The notes under the pieces were generated by a model, which was not told the origin of the DNA, ran no database searches, and saw nothing but the letters and a program-made list of their open reading frames with translations. From Trueperaceae bacterium (GTDB taxonomy: Bacteria > Deinococcota > Deinococci > Deinococcales > Trueperaceae), in assembly GCA_965213925.1 (NCBI GenBank), contig OZ243927.1:2240001-2304000 (forward strand): 64,000 bases of DNA, in the 5' to 3' direction. The first letter of the stretch is position 1; every line of letters begins with the position of its first letter. This document shows, piece by piece, positions 21,910 to 31,276 of the stretch. Both the position numbers and the translations under genes were made by a program.

Positions 21910-23280
21910 GTGATTTACGCTGCTAAACGCATAGCTGTCGTCTGTTTCTTGGCGCTCGCACCCTTAGCCGCCGCGCAGACCATTGTCGAGATCGCACAGG
22001 ACACCCCGGAGCTGAGCACGCTCGTCGAGGCGCTAGGGGCGGCTGACCTCGTCGACACGCTCTCGGGCGAGGGTCCTTTTACGGTCTTCGCGCCGGTCGA
22101 TTCAGCCTTCGAGAAACTGCCGCAGGGACAACTCGACGCGCTCCTAGAGAACCCCGACGCGCTTCGCCAAATCCTCACCTACCACGTCGTGCCCGAGCGT
22201 TTCGAAACCTCGGACATCACAGCGGACATGACCGAGTTCGAAACGGTGCAGGGCAGCGCGCTGCCTATTACGCAGATCGGCGTCGGTCAGGCGGCGGTTA
22301 CGGCGGTCGACATCGAGGCGTCGAACGGTGTGGTCTATCTGATCGATTCTGTACTGACCCCGCCCGACTTCGAGATGACGGAGGGCAGCTCCGAGACCGG
22401 GGGAGATACTGGCGGCAGCATGGCGGGTAGCATGACAGGCGGCGAGAGCGGCTACATGAGTAACGCTACGCGCACCGTCCGCTACGCGGTGGACCCGCAA
22501 GAGGATAGCGGCGTCAGCGGCTCGGTCTTGATCGCTGAATACGACGCGCAAACCGTGGTCACGCTGTCACTCTCCGGCACGCCCGATGGGGGCACGCACC
22601 CCGCCGAGCTGCGCATGGGTGACTGCGGTGAAGAGGGGGAGGTCGTTCTCCCCCTCGAGAATGTGAACGGTGACACCGGTCTGAGCACGACCGTCACGGA
22701 CACCTCGTTCGACGCCATCACGGGCGACGACCACGCGCTCAACGTCTACCTCTCGCCCGACGACACCGAGAGCGCTGTGGCTTGCGGCGAGGTCGGCACG
22801 GGCGCGGAGGAACTATCGTCTATGAGCAGCATAAGTATTGACGATTTGAGCGTTGATATGTCGGGTGGCGATATGTCAAGTGATGATATGACGGGCGGGA
22901 TGAGCAGCGAAGAGCAGGGTCTTTTAGAAACCGTCTTTTATGAAATTTATCCGAACGAGGGTTATGAGGTCGGGGGCACTGTACAGGTCGTAGAGAACGT
23001 CGAGACGGGCGGCGCGAGGGTCGTCGTATCGCTGCAAAACACCTCCGAGGGAGACTTGCACCCTGCGCACTTCCACGCCGGTAGCTGCGGCGACGGCGGC
23101 GACATCATCGTGCCGTTAGAGAGCATCGACGGGGAGAGCGGCTCGAGCGTCACCGATACGGGCACCTCGTTCGAGGAGATCACCGCCTCGGACTTCTATA
23201 TCAACATCCACCTCTCACCCGACGAAATCAGCACCATCGTGGCGTGCGGTGAGGTCGGGCAAGGCGCGGGGGACCAGTAG
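21910..23280 (+). CDS. Secreted fasciclin-domain protein with two C-terminal Cu/Zn-SOD-like (CHRD-like) repeats
   Basis: Signal peptide; FAS1 motifs GPFTVFAP.D.AF, ILTYHVV and NGVVY.IDSVL; two repeats of HPAxxxxGxC...N(V/I)x.SP...VACGEVG. Confidence 0.8.
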   Translation: MIYAAKRIAVVCFLALAPLAAAQTIVEIAQDTPELSTLVEALGAADLVDTLSGEGPFTVFAPVDSAFEKLPQGQLDALLENPDALRQILTYHVVPERFETSDITADMTEFETVQGSALPITQIGVGQAAVTAVDIEASNGVVYLIDSVLTPPDFEMTEGSSETGGDTGGSMAGSMTGGESGYMSNATRTVRYAVDPQEDSGVSGSVLIAEYDAQTVVTLSLSGTPDGGTHPAELRMGDCGEEGEVVLPLENVNGDTGLSTTVTDTSFDAITGDDHALNVYLSPDDTESAVACGEVGTGAEELSSMSSISIDDLSVDMSGGDMSSDDMTGGMSSEEQGLLETVFYEIYPNEGYEVGGTVQVVENVETGGARVVVSLQNTSEGDLHPAHFHAGSCGDGGDIIVPLESIDGESGSSVTDTGTSFEEITASDFYINIHLSPDEISTIVACGEVGQGAGDQ

Positions 23281-23408
23281 CAAACCCATTTCATGAAGTG
23301 TTATCTCGGCGATAAGACTAGGCGTACGCGCCTAACTTCTGTTATATTTGCCACAGAGACACCACAGATTGGTTCAAGCAACGACCCCAGCCAACAGGAG
23401 GCAGAACT

Positions 23409-24182
23409 ATGAAACGCAACCCCTTACTCAACCTCTTTTTCAGCATCATGCTCGCTTTCACGCTCGTTAGCTTCGCGCAGGATACGGGCGGCGACATGGA
23501 GGACATGGACATGACGGGCGGGATGTCTGACATGACGGGCGGCGATATGACCGGCGGTGACATGACCGGCGGTATGGTCGACCCCAATATGTCGAGCGAG
23601 ATAGATGCGATGCTCGAGGACCTCATGCAGGACAGCAGCGCGACCGGTGGCGACATGACCGCGATGGACACCGCTTCGATGACCATCGCTGAAGTGGTCG
23701 CAGCCAACCCGGACTTCGGCATCTTGGCGCAGCTCGTCCAATCGGCCGGGCTCTTAGAAACGCTGAACGGCGAAGGTCCCTTCACCGTCTTCGCGCCGAG
23801 CGACAGCGCTTTCTTACCCTTCACGAATAATGAGATCGTCTCGCTCTTAGGCGACACCGACGCGCTCACCAACGTGCTGACCTATCACGTCGTCGACGGC
23901 GAGCTGCTGTCAGAGGACCTCATGGGCATGAGCAGCGTTACCACGCTGCAAGGCGAAGACCTCACCATAGGCGAAGGCATGGCGATGGGCGAGATGACCG
24001 GCGGTGAGATGACCAGTGATATGTCCAGCATGACGGGCGGCGAGATGACCGGCGGCATGAGCGGCGGCATGAGCAGCGGACCGAGCCTCATGGTCGGCAG
24101 CGCGAATGTCGTGACGGCGGACATTCAGACCGCCAACGGCGTTATCCACGTGATCGATTCGGTGCTCATGCCAGGCAACTAA
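23409..24182 (+). CDS. Secreted fasciclin-domain protein with Met/Gly-rich (D/E)MTGG repeats
   Basis: Signal peptide; GPFTVFAPSD.AF, LTYHVV and NGVIHVIDSVL; MTGG tracts. Confidence 0.88.
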   Translation: MKRNPLLNLFFSIMLAFTLVSFAQDTGGDMEDMDMTGGMSDMTGGDMTGGDMTGGMVDPNMSSEIDAMLEDLMQDSSATGGDMTAMDTASMTIAEVVAANPDFGILAQLVQSAGLLETLNGEGPFTVFAPSDSAFLPFTNNEIVSLLGDTDALTNVLTYHVVDGELLSEDLMGMSSVTTLQGEDLTIGEGMAMGEMTGGEMTSDMSSMTGGEMTGGMSGGMSSGPSLMVGSANVVTADIQTANGVIHVIDSVLMPGN

Positions 24183-24195
24183 ACCCTTCTTCGCT

Positions 24196-24233
24196 ATCAA
24201 AAGAGCGACCTCGCATGAGGTCGCTCTTTTGAT
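24196..24233 (+). terminator. Intrinsic terminator
   Basis: Perfect 17-bp inverted repeat ATCAAAAGAGCGACCTC-GCAT-GAGGTCGCTCTTTTGAT just after the stop codon. Confidence 0.85.
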
Positions 24234-24339
24234 TTGCGGGCTCGAGAACAATCCACTCGCCGCCGGTTAGCTGACCGGGTTGCCGTACCCGAAGGGCTTC
24301 TCCCGAAGGTGTGCGGAGCATAACGAAGTAAGCTTGCGC

Positions 24340-24420
24340 GTCCGCTTCGCAGATATCATCCCCAAGTGTGCGGACTATGCTCTTCAAACTGAGCGCAACG
24401 CTCTGGTCACAAGCCAAGTC
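24340..24420 (+). repeat. Dispersed repeat family C, degenerate copy
   Basis: TCGCAGATATCATC identical to the 26.5-kb copy; core at 24356-24377. Confidence 0.55.
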
Positions 24421-24493
24421 TAAAAGGCTCACACCGCTGACGCCCCCTCAACTCGGCCTTCCTAAACACCTACACGACCGTTTAGCAGCCAAT

Positions 24494-24527
24494 AAAAAAG
24501 CTCCACAGTTAGGCTGCGGAGCTTTTT
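24494..24527. terminator. Bidirectional intrinsic terminator
   Basis: AAAAAAGCTCCACAG-TTAGG-CTGCGGAGCTTTTT behind the wzc-like gene. Confidence 0.8.
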
Positions 24528-24541
24528 CGAATTTAGTAGGT

Positions 24542-26101
24542 TTAGCGGGCGACGGCGCGGTCTGAGATGGAGGGGTACTCGCCGGGCGCGTCTACGGCGT
24601 CGTAGTCGTAGCGCGACGTTCTGCGGTTCATGTTGACGTGCGTGGCGACGATGCCTAAGAGGTTGACGCGACTTCTGTTAAGGAGATCGACGGCGTCGTT
24701 GACCTCTTGCGGGTCGGTGTCTTGCAGGCTCGCTACGAGCACGGTGCCCGTGCAGAGCGGCGCGATGGTCAAGGTGTCGGCGACGTCTAAGATGGGCGCG
24801 GAGTCGATGATGATGACGTCGTAGTCCTTGCGCCAACTTTCCAGGCAGTCCTGGAACCCTAAGCTGAGAAGTTCGGTGGGCGAGGGCGCGGCGCGGAAGG
24901 TCGGAATGATGTCTAGGCGCTGCGTCAAGTTGACCGAGACGTGGGCGGCTTCGTAGGAGTCGTGGGGGTTTTCCAGGTGCGCCCGCAGCGGCATGTGGCG
25001 CTTGTCGTCGAGGTTATACTCCTTGGCGATAATGGGACGGCGTAAGTCGGCGTCGACCAAGAGGGTGCGGTAGTCCGCGCGGGTGAAGCTCTCGGCTAAG
25101 CTGAGCGCCACGCTCGACTTGCCTTCGCCCGTCTCCGGGCTCGTCACCAGGATCACTTTAGGCTCCGCTTCGGCGGTGGCGAAAAGCAAGTTCGTGCGCA
25201 AGTAGCCCGAGGCTTCGCGGGGGAGTCGCCGCGCCTTTTTAGGCAGCTTGGGGAATTCGCCGAGGATGGGCAGGCCCGTGGCGGTCTCCAGGTCGCTGGC
25301 GCTGCGCAGTCTCGTGTCGAGCATGTTGCGTAAGAGGAGCAGCGCGTAGCCGAGCAAGAAGCCGAACACCGCCGCGAAAGCCGCGAACAGAACGGGGCGA
25401 GGTGCGATGGGACTAACGGGTACGGAAGCTGCCTGGACGATGATGAGGCGGCTCGCCGCCGTGCCGATAAGCGATTCCGCCTCGACGAGGCGCTCTTGTA
25501 AGCTGCTCTGCAGGTTGCTGAGCCGCTCGATTTCGTTCGCGGGCGCGCCGCTCGCTTGTGCTTCGCTGATCCGCGTGCCGAGGTTCGCGATCTGCTGGTC
25601 GATAGCCTCGACGCTGTCCGCTAGGTAGGCGCGGGCGCGGTTCTCGTCCCAGTTGATGAGCGAGCGGGCGAGCGCGTTTGCTTGGGCTGCGGCCGCTTCA
25701 CCTGTACCGCTCTCGACGATCGTCGTCACCGAGCTTGACTCGCGCGTTTCCTGTACGGCGACGTTCATGCGCTTGCGCAGGTCCCCGATGTCACTCTGGG
25801 TGATATTCTCAACGCCTAAAATCGCGAGCGCGTCCTGAATGACGGTGTCGCTGAGCGCCGCGAGTCGGTAACCCGAGACGCTAATTGGCGGCGCGGTAAC
25901 TCTAGGGATGCCGAATGAACTCCCGCTGATGTCGCCTGTGGGAGCGAGCACCGTCGCGTTCGCTTCGTAAACGGCGTCGCTGCGACTGGTTAAATAATAG
26001 ACGGTGGCGGCACCTGCGCTCGCGAGCAGGAGAGCGAGAAGTAAGCCGCGCCCCAAGAAGCGGAAGAGTTCCCCTATGGTTATGTTGATATCTTGCTGCA
26101 T
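24542..26101 (-). CDS. Polysaccharide co-polymerase / BY-kinase (Wzc, CpsC-CpsD fusion type)
   Basis: Two TM segments around a periplasmic coiled coil; LRTNL, Walker A GEGKS, LLVDADLRRP and IIIDSAP. Confidence 0.9.
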   Translation of the reverse strand: MQQDINITIGELFRFLGRGLLLALLLASAGAATVYYLTSRSDAVYEANATVLAPTGDISGSSFGIPRVTAPPISVSGYRLAALSDTVIQDALAILGVENITQSDIGDLRKRMNVAVQETRESSSVTTIVESGTGEAAAAQANALARSLINWDENRARAYLADSVEAIDQQIANLGTRISEAQASGAPANEIERLSNLQSSLQERLVEAESLIGTAASRLIIVQAASVPVSPIAPRPVLFAAFAAVFGFLLGYALLLLRNMLDTRLRSASDLETATGLPILGEFPKLPKKARRLPREASGYLRTNLLFATAEAEPKVILVTSPETGEGKSSVALSLAESFTRADYRTLLVDADLRRPIIAKEYNLDDKRHMPLRAHLENPHDSYEAAHVSVNLTQRLDIIPTFRAAPSPTELLSLGFQDCLESWRKDYDVIIIDSAPILDVADTLTIAPLCTGTVLVASLQDTDPQEVNDAVDLLNRSRVNLLGIVATHVNMNRRTSRYDYDAVDAPGEYPSISDRAVAR

Positions 26102-26244
26102 CTTTCACCTCAGTGGCGATCACGCCGTCGGCGCGTGATTCCTAAGTTATCTATCTATACCTGTTTAATGTGAGTGTTTCATCACCGCTGCTGACGTTGC
26201 CCGACGTTGTTATTCTGAACTGCGCCTATCCAGATGACCTACCG

Positions 26245-26282
26245 TTGTTCCAGAACCATTCAATTGTTCCAGAACCATTCAA
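26245..26282. repeat. 19-bp tandem duplication
   Basis: TTGTTCCAGAACCATTCAA x2. Confidence 0.9.
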
Positions 26283-26479
26283 TGTGAATCATCGCGGTTT
26301 TCGAAGCCCCTTAAAAAGCTCTCTAAAGCGTACTTTAGCAGATTCAAAGGCGGGGATAGCGGTACACCTCACACGCCGCGGTGCTCACCAAAAGTTCACA
26401 ATTAGGAGTAGGTCGGAGATAGGCTGCGCCGACGCGGACGCTTTCACCGCAGTAACAGCAGTCCACGACATACTGAGAC

Positions 26480-26601
26480 AAAGTGTCGCAGATATCATCA
26501 CTGAATGTACGTGGTAGACATCGCTTTATACGGTGAGCTTTATACGGTGAGAGTGTTTCAAATCAGCTCCGAACGCAGTAAGACAGACTTTGATACCTGC
26601 T
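26480..26601 (+). repeat. Dispersed repeat family C, copy with an internal 14-bp duplication
   Basis: Core at 26495-26516; terminal AGACAGACTTTGATACCTGCT at 26581-26601; CTTTATACGGTGAG x2. Confidence 0.8.
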
Positions 26602-26621
26602 GAAATAAGCGAACAAGGTGC

Positions 26622-27602
26622 TTAGCGTCCGAGGTGCCCGGTTTGCGACTCGAGCCACCCCCGCAGTTCTTGGGCTACCGCTCCGAATTCCACTTCGTCC
26701 TCGAAAGGATAGAGTTTCGCCCCTGGCTCCTTGCGAAACCACGTACGCTGGCGTTTGGCGTAGCGCGTTGTAGCGAGCGTCACAGCTTGCTCAGCCTCTC
26801 GTAAGGTGCAGCGACCTTCTAAGTAGGTAGTGACCTCTTTGTAGCCGATCGCTTGCGTGGCGGTCGGGCGCGCGGGATAGCAGTCCAGAAGGTCGCGCAC
26901 CTCTTCGGCAAGCCCGGCGCGGAACATGCGCTCCGTCCTGAGCGCGATGCGTTCGCCGAGTGCCTGGGCGTCGGGGAGTAAGATCGCTTTGTCGTAGCGA
27001 AAACGGGGCGTCGTATTGGCAAAGTTGCTGGGCGCGCGTCCGGTTCGCCGAAAGATTTCTAACGCGCGCACCACGCGGCGCGGATTTCTCTGCGCCCGCG
27101 CCGCGTCCTCCGGGCTAAGCGTTTGCAGTTCGTCCACAAGTCTCTCCAAGCCCTCACGCTCTAAACGCTTCCACAGTTCAGCCTGCACCTCCGCGTCGGC
27201 AGGAGGGACGGTGGGCAGACCTTCGGACAAGGCGCGTATGTAGAAGCCCGTCCCGCCTACAATCAGAGGGAGCTTGCCGCGCTCTAAAACATCGGCGATG
27301 ACCGTTTCTGCGTGCTTGACGTAATCCGCGACGCTAAAAGGTTCGTTCGGGTCTACGATGTCGATGAGGTGATGCGGCACGCCGCGCCGCTCGGCTAGCG
27401 TAGGTTTCGCCGTGCCGATGTCCATACCTCTATACACCATCATCGCGTCGGCGGAAACGACCTCGACCGGTGCGTTCTGGGCGAGCCGGAGCGCAAGGTC
27501 GCTCTTACCCGACGCAGTCGGACCTGCGAGGACGGGAACGGTGAGGTTGGGCACAGTGAGGTTGGGCACAGTGAGGTTGAGCACAGTGAGGTTGGGGGTC
27601 AT
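26622..27602 (-). CDS. miaA: tRNA dimethylallyltransferase
   Basis: GPTASGKS, SADAM.VYRGMDIGTAKP, VGGTGFY, QAIGYKE and YAKRQRTWFR; N-terminal (P/L)NLTV x4. Confidence 0.95.
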   Translation of the reverse strand: MTPNLTVLNLTVPNLTVPNLTVPVLAGPTASGKSDLALRLAQNAPVEVVSADAMMVYRGMDIGTAKPTLAERRGVPHHLIDIVDPNEPFSVADYVKHAETVIADVLERGKLPLIVGGTGFYIRALSEGLPTVPPADAEVQAELWKRLEREGLERLVDELQTLSPEDAARAQRNPRRVVRALEIFRRTGRAPSNFANTTPRFRYDKAILLPDAQALGERIALRTERMFRAGLAEEVRDLLDCYPARPTATQAIGYKEVTTYLEGRCTLREAEQAVTLATTRYAKRQRTWFRKEPGAKLYPFEDEVEFGAVAQELRGWLESQTGHLGR

Positions 27603-27767
27603 CTCTTTTTACTCTATCGTGGCGGTGAGCGCGTAGGCGTTGCGGGGGAGGGTAGCGGAACGGGGGAATAGCGAAAAAGCCACCTCTTCTTACTTCCCTC
27701 TTTAACCCCGCGAACCGATATGTAAGCGCAACAAGCAGGCTGCGAGGCGCGTGCTAAACTCGCGGAC

Positions 27768-28163
27768 ATGGAGCCTGATAAGATGGAGCTTGACAAAAGC
27801 CACACCACGAGTAGCGATTTGCAGCACCTCCTCACCCTGCGCGAGCGCGTCGGCGAGCTGGTCAGTGAGCTAGAGGACGAAGCCACGATCAAAGTAGACC
27901 TCTTAGAGTTGGAGGACGCCTACCGTCTGGTCGCAGACCTCCCTGGTATCGCCCAAGATGACCTGGAGATTTCTATACAGGGGCGGTCCCTTACGATCGC
28001 CGGCGTCGTCCCGCCACGCGACGCCGACGCGCACCTTCTCGTCGGTGAGCGCGCTAGCGGATACCTCCAGCGCACCCTCGAGCTACCCGGAGAGGTCGCC
28101 GAAACGAAGAGCAACGCGCATTTAAGTCACGGCTTGCTCGTGCTGCATCTGCCTAAGCGCTGA
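27768..28163 (+). CDS. Small heat shock protein (Hsp20/alpha-crystallin)
   Basis: 'VDLLE....Y...ADLPG...D..I.....L.I.G' and 'A.L.HG.L...LPK'; leaderless TG-TAAACT promoter. Confidence 0.88.
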   Translation: MEPDKMELDKSHTTSSDLQHLLTLRERVGELVSELEDEATIKVDLLELEDAYRLVADLPGIAQDDLEISIQGRSLTIAGVVPPRDADAHLLVGERASGYLQRTLELPGEVAETKSNAHLSHGLLVLHLPKR

Positions 28164-28171
28164 TCTGGTCC

Positions 28172-29140
28172 ATGACTGCCGGTCTCTACGCGCCTTTCCC
28201 GGTCGAGGTTCCCTACCGAACCGGACCTGTCATGAAGAGGTTGGGAGGAGTTGAGGGCGATTCGGGCGGTCTTTTCGTTGTGGACGAGGCGTACGGGCGC
28301 TACCTCGAGCAAAAACTCTCCCGCCTCGCTAGCCAGCCCGAACGCTACGGCGGTCTTTCGGTAGGACCGCACGGGGGTCTGGGCGACGCCCTTCTACACG
28401 TCTTTAGTCTTCTCGCGCGGGAACAGCCGAACTTACTGACGTTAGAGGCTGGAACGGTCCGGCTCGAGGCGTTGGGGCTCAGGCTCGAGCGAAATCAGCA
28501 GGATCACTGGAGAGTCGAAGCCATTCCTGATACCGACACACCTCTCGCGGCGTTGGGGCGGCGCGTCCAAGCTCACCTAGAAGCCCAATTTGATCTCACA
28601 GTCCTTATTCACGCACTCGCGCTGAGTCTCCAAGAGGACTTCGTCATCCTGCGAGACTTAGACGGCGAGGACGAGGCGGAGTGTCTCTGCGTAGTCTTTC
28701 CGAGCGACTGGAACCCGCAGGAGAAAGTCGGACAGAATTTTTCAGAGCTGCACAAACCTGTTGCGAATAACACCGCTCTGCTGAGGTCACACCGCCCGGT
28801 CATGAACGCGCTCTTTCACAAGGGACCGTTCGTGCGCTTCGTGTGGGGCTTGAGCGCGGACGGGCGTCTGGGGCAGCATCCGGCAGAGACACCTCGAGCC
28901 GTCACATGCTCGCCCGCTGCCCTCTTCTTCCGCACCGAGCGGCAAGTTAGTGTGCCGTTACCCGGCGGACGCTGCCTCTTCACTGTTCGCGTCGCGGTGC
29001 AACCGCTCAGCGACGCACTCTGCAACGAAGAACGGCGGCAGAGATTTGCTGCCGCGCTCGCATCTATGGATGACGAACTGTTGGCTTACAAGGGGCTGAG
29101 CGCGTGGCGTGACCCCTTGCTCGCTTTTTTGAGCGGCTGA
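28172..29140 (+). CDS. Heme-dependent oxidative N-demethylase alpha-subunit-like protein (DUF3445)
   Basis: QEDFVIL, 'V.FPS.W.P.EK.G..F..LH.PV', RF.W, R.ERQ and YKG motifs. Confidence 0.8.
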   Translation: MTAGLYAPFPVEVPYRTGPVMKRLGGVEGDSGGLFVVDEAYGRYLEQKLSRLASQPERYGGLSVGPHGGLGDALLHVFSLLAREQPNLLTLEAGTVRLEALGLRLERNQQDHWRVEAIPDTDTPLAALGRRVQAHLEAQFDLTVLIHALALSLQEDFVILRDLDGEDEAECLCVVFPSDWNPQEKVGQNFSELHKPVANNTALLRSHRPVMNALFHKGPFVRFVWGLSADGRLGQHPAETPRAVTCSPAALFFRTERQVSVPLPGGRCLFTVRVAVQPLSDALCNEERRQRFAAALASMDDELLAYKGLSAWRDPLLAFLSG

Positions 29141-29145
29141 GGGAA

Positions 29146-30108
29146 TTAGAAAGCGTCGTCCGGGTCCTCGAGCGGGTCGTCTGCGCCGATACCGTTCTCG
29201 TCGTCGTCCTCGTTACCGTCCTCGCCCAAATCTTCGCCCAGGTCCTCGCCGATATCCTGAGAGCCGCCCGTTACACCCGGCGCGCCGACATCGAGCGGCT
29301 GGGGCTCGGCGTCGCCCAAGTCGATGTCCAAAGACGCCCGCACGCTGCCCTCGCCGCGCACCACCACGTCGTTGCTGTCGAGGTCGTATTCGATGAGTTC
29401 GCCCGAGACCACGCCCTCTTCGTTGCGGCTCGTGGCGGGGCTGCCCGTGAGCACCGCGAAACCTGTTTCTTCGTCTAACTCGAGCCGCTCCGAGCGGCTG
29501 GTGCGCCCGTCCGACGCGACTTCGACGTTTCCTTGCAAGGTGGTGAGGTCGCTATCCACATTGAAGGCGAGGTCTCTCGAGCTGGCGGTCAAGGCAGGCG
29601 AGTCGCCCTCTTCGACTCGTTCCAAGTTGATGGGTCCGTCCATGTCACCGATGCCCGTCGCGTTGTTGTAAAAGAACGTTCTGCCCGTCGTCGTCGTGCG
29701 CCCTTCCGTTACCGTGATCGTCTCTTCGGTGCGTTGAACGTTCGTCGGACAGAGTGTCGCAGGGTCGAGTTCTAAGGAGCCGTCAAATAGCTCTAGCGTC
29801 TCTTCGTCTTCCGCCTCGTCGGGACGTCTGAGGAGCGCGACCGTCGAGACGATGCGGGTGTCGTTGACCACCGTCTCGACGAAGCCGGGCGGCGGCGCGT
29901 AGACGACGCCCAGACTCTGACCCTCCTCGCAGCCTGGGTTGCTCGGGATAAACTCCGCGCCCTGATCGCTCCTGCCGTTTTGAACGACGCGAATCTCGGT
30001 GTCGTTGCGGTCTATCGTGAGCTGGGAGCGCGTCAAGGGCGCGTCCTGGGCGAGCGCTAAGCCCAGAAGTCCGACGAAAAAGACCGAAAGACGGGTGTTC
30101 GCGCTCAT
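29146..30108 (-). CDS. LptA/OstA-like beta-jellyroll secreted protein
   Basis: Signal peptide; repeated 'L.GNV.V', 'LTGSPA' and 'GELIEYDL' OstA-type strands; acidic tail. Confidence 0.72.
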   Translation of the reverse strand: MSANTRLSVFFVGLLGLALAQDAPLTRSQLTIDRNDTEIRVVQNGRSDQGAEFIPSNPGCEEGQSLGVVYAPPPGFVETVVNDTRIVSTVALLRRPDEAEDEETLELFDGSLELDPATLCPTNVQRTEETITVTEGRTTTTGRTFFYNNATGIGDMDGPINLERVEEGDSPALTASSRDLAFNVDSDLTTLQGNVEVASDGRTSRSERLELDEETGFAVLTGSPATSRNEEGVVSGELIEYDLDSNDVVVRGEGSVRASLDIDLGDAEPQPLDVGAPGVTGGSQDIGEDLGEDLGEDGNEDDDENGIGADDPLEDPDDAF

Positions 30109-30113
30109 CTCTT

Positions 30114-31127
30114 TTAGCTCCCTTCGTTCGTCAGGCTGAACTGCGCGGGGTCGAACTCCGCCGGGACGGTCTCGTCTAAGACGCGCACGACGTCTAGGTC
30201 GGTACGCTGCTCGAGCCGCGCTCCCGTCAGCGTCACGCCTTGCGCCTCGTTGACCGAGGTGGCGGGCGAGCCGATGACCTCGGCGCGGGAGGCCTCGTCG
30301 TTGAAATATACCGTGTCGCCCGTGCTGGTGATGTCGCCGTCCACGATGGTCACGTTGCCCGTCGCTAGGAGCGTGTCGTCGGCGGTGTTCGTGCGGATGA
30401 CGTCGGCGGTGATGGTCAAGACGCCGTCTTCGCTCTCACGGCGGGCGGTGACCTGCTCGCCTTCGCTCGAGAGCCTCGCCAAATCGCGTCCCTCTTCGAA
30501 GGTCAGCTCCTGCGCCTGAGCGCTCTGGTTGCCGTTTGTAAGCGTCACGTCGCCCCGGCTGACGCTCGTATCCGTGTCTACGTCGAAAGTGACTTCGTTC
30601 GCGCTGATATTTACAGGTGCACTATCTTCTTCGGGACCCTCTTCGGCAGGCGTCACCACGATGTCCGTGTTCGACGGCATCACGCCTAAACCCGTCGATT
30701 CGCTGTAGACGAGGTCGGGTCCGGTCGCCGTCAGGCGACCTCTCTCCACGCGCACGCCGCCCGTGAATTCCGCCTCGCGCTGCCCTTCAGCTTGCGCGAT
30801 GAGCACCTCTTCGGGCGCGCTGAGCTGGGCATTTTGCGCGTAAATCGTGAGGTTCGAGACCGTCGCGACGAGCCCTTCGGGGTCGGGGTGCGTGTAGACC
30901 AGGGGACCGTAGCGCAAGCTCTCGCTGCGCTGCGAGCCGCCGCTAAAGTCGATGTTGATGATGCGCTCCTCGGCGGCTTCGCGGGCGTCGTCCTGGGCGT
31001 TCTCTTCGTCGGTCTCTTCCTGTTCGGGGTTCGTGGGTTGGGTCTCGCCCTGTCCCGTATCTTGCGCAAGGACGAAGAGGCTTGTGATGAGAAGGAAGAG
31101 TAAAGTTGTGCGTAATGCTTTAAGCAT
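30114..31127 (-). CDS. LptA/OstA-like beta-jellyroll secreted protein
   Basis: Signal peptide; 'EFTGGVRV', 'GDVTL', 'ATGNVTIVDGD...TGD...F' repeats; ATG at 31127 with AAGGAG RBS. Confidence 0.75.
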   Translation of the reverse strand: MLKALRTTLLFLLITSLFVLAQDTGQGETQPTNPEQEETDEENAQDDAREAAEERIINIDFSGGSQRSESLRYGPLVYTHPDPEGLVATVSNLTIYAQNAQLSAPEEVLIAQAEGQREAEFTGGVRVERGRLTATGPDLVYSESTGLGVMPSNTDIVVTPAEEGPEEDSAPVNISANEVTFDVDTDTSVSRGDVTLTNGNQSAQAQELTFEEGRDLARLSSEGEQVTARRESEDGVLTITADVIRTNTADDTLLATGNVTIVDGDITSTGDTVYFNDEASRAEVIGSPATSVNEAQGVTLTGARLEQRTDLDVVRVLDETVPAEFDPAQFSLTNEGS

Positions 31128-31154
31128 GGCGGGCTCCTTGGATAGCATAATGTT

Positions 31155-31276
31155 TGAGGTCCTGATTTTGTATCACGCAAGCATCATCTGTGGATGTGCG
31201 TGCTAAGGAATGACTTGTCTTCTGATTGCGTTTGTGACCAGCTCCGAGCTTTGCGAGACAGACTTTGATACCTGCT
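31155..31276 (+). repeat. Dispersed repeat family C, copy
   Basis: Core at 31184-31205; terminal 21-mer at 31256-31276 overlaps the stop codon of the lptC-like gene. Confidence 0.8.

Noticed and set aside
23480..24080. CRISPR-like periodic repeats
   Set aside because: They are in-frame 15-bp coding units without unique spacers; no cas genes or arrays were seen in the window
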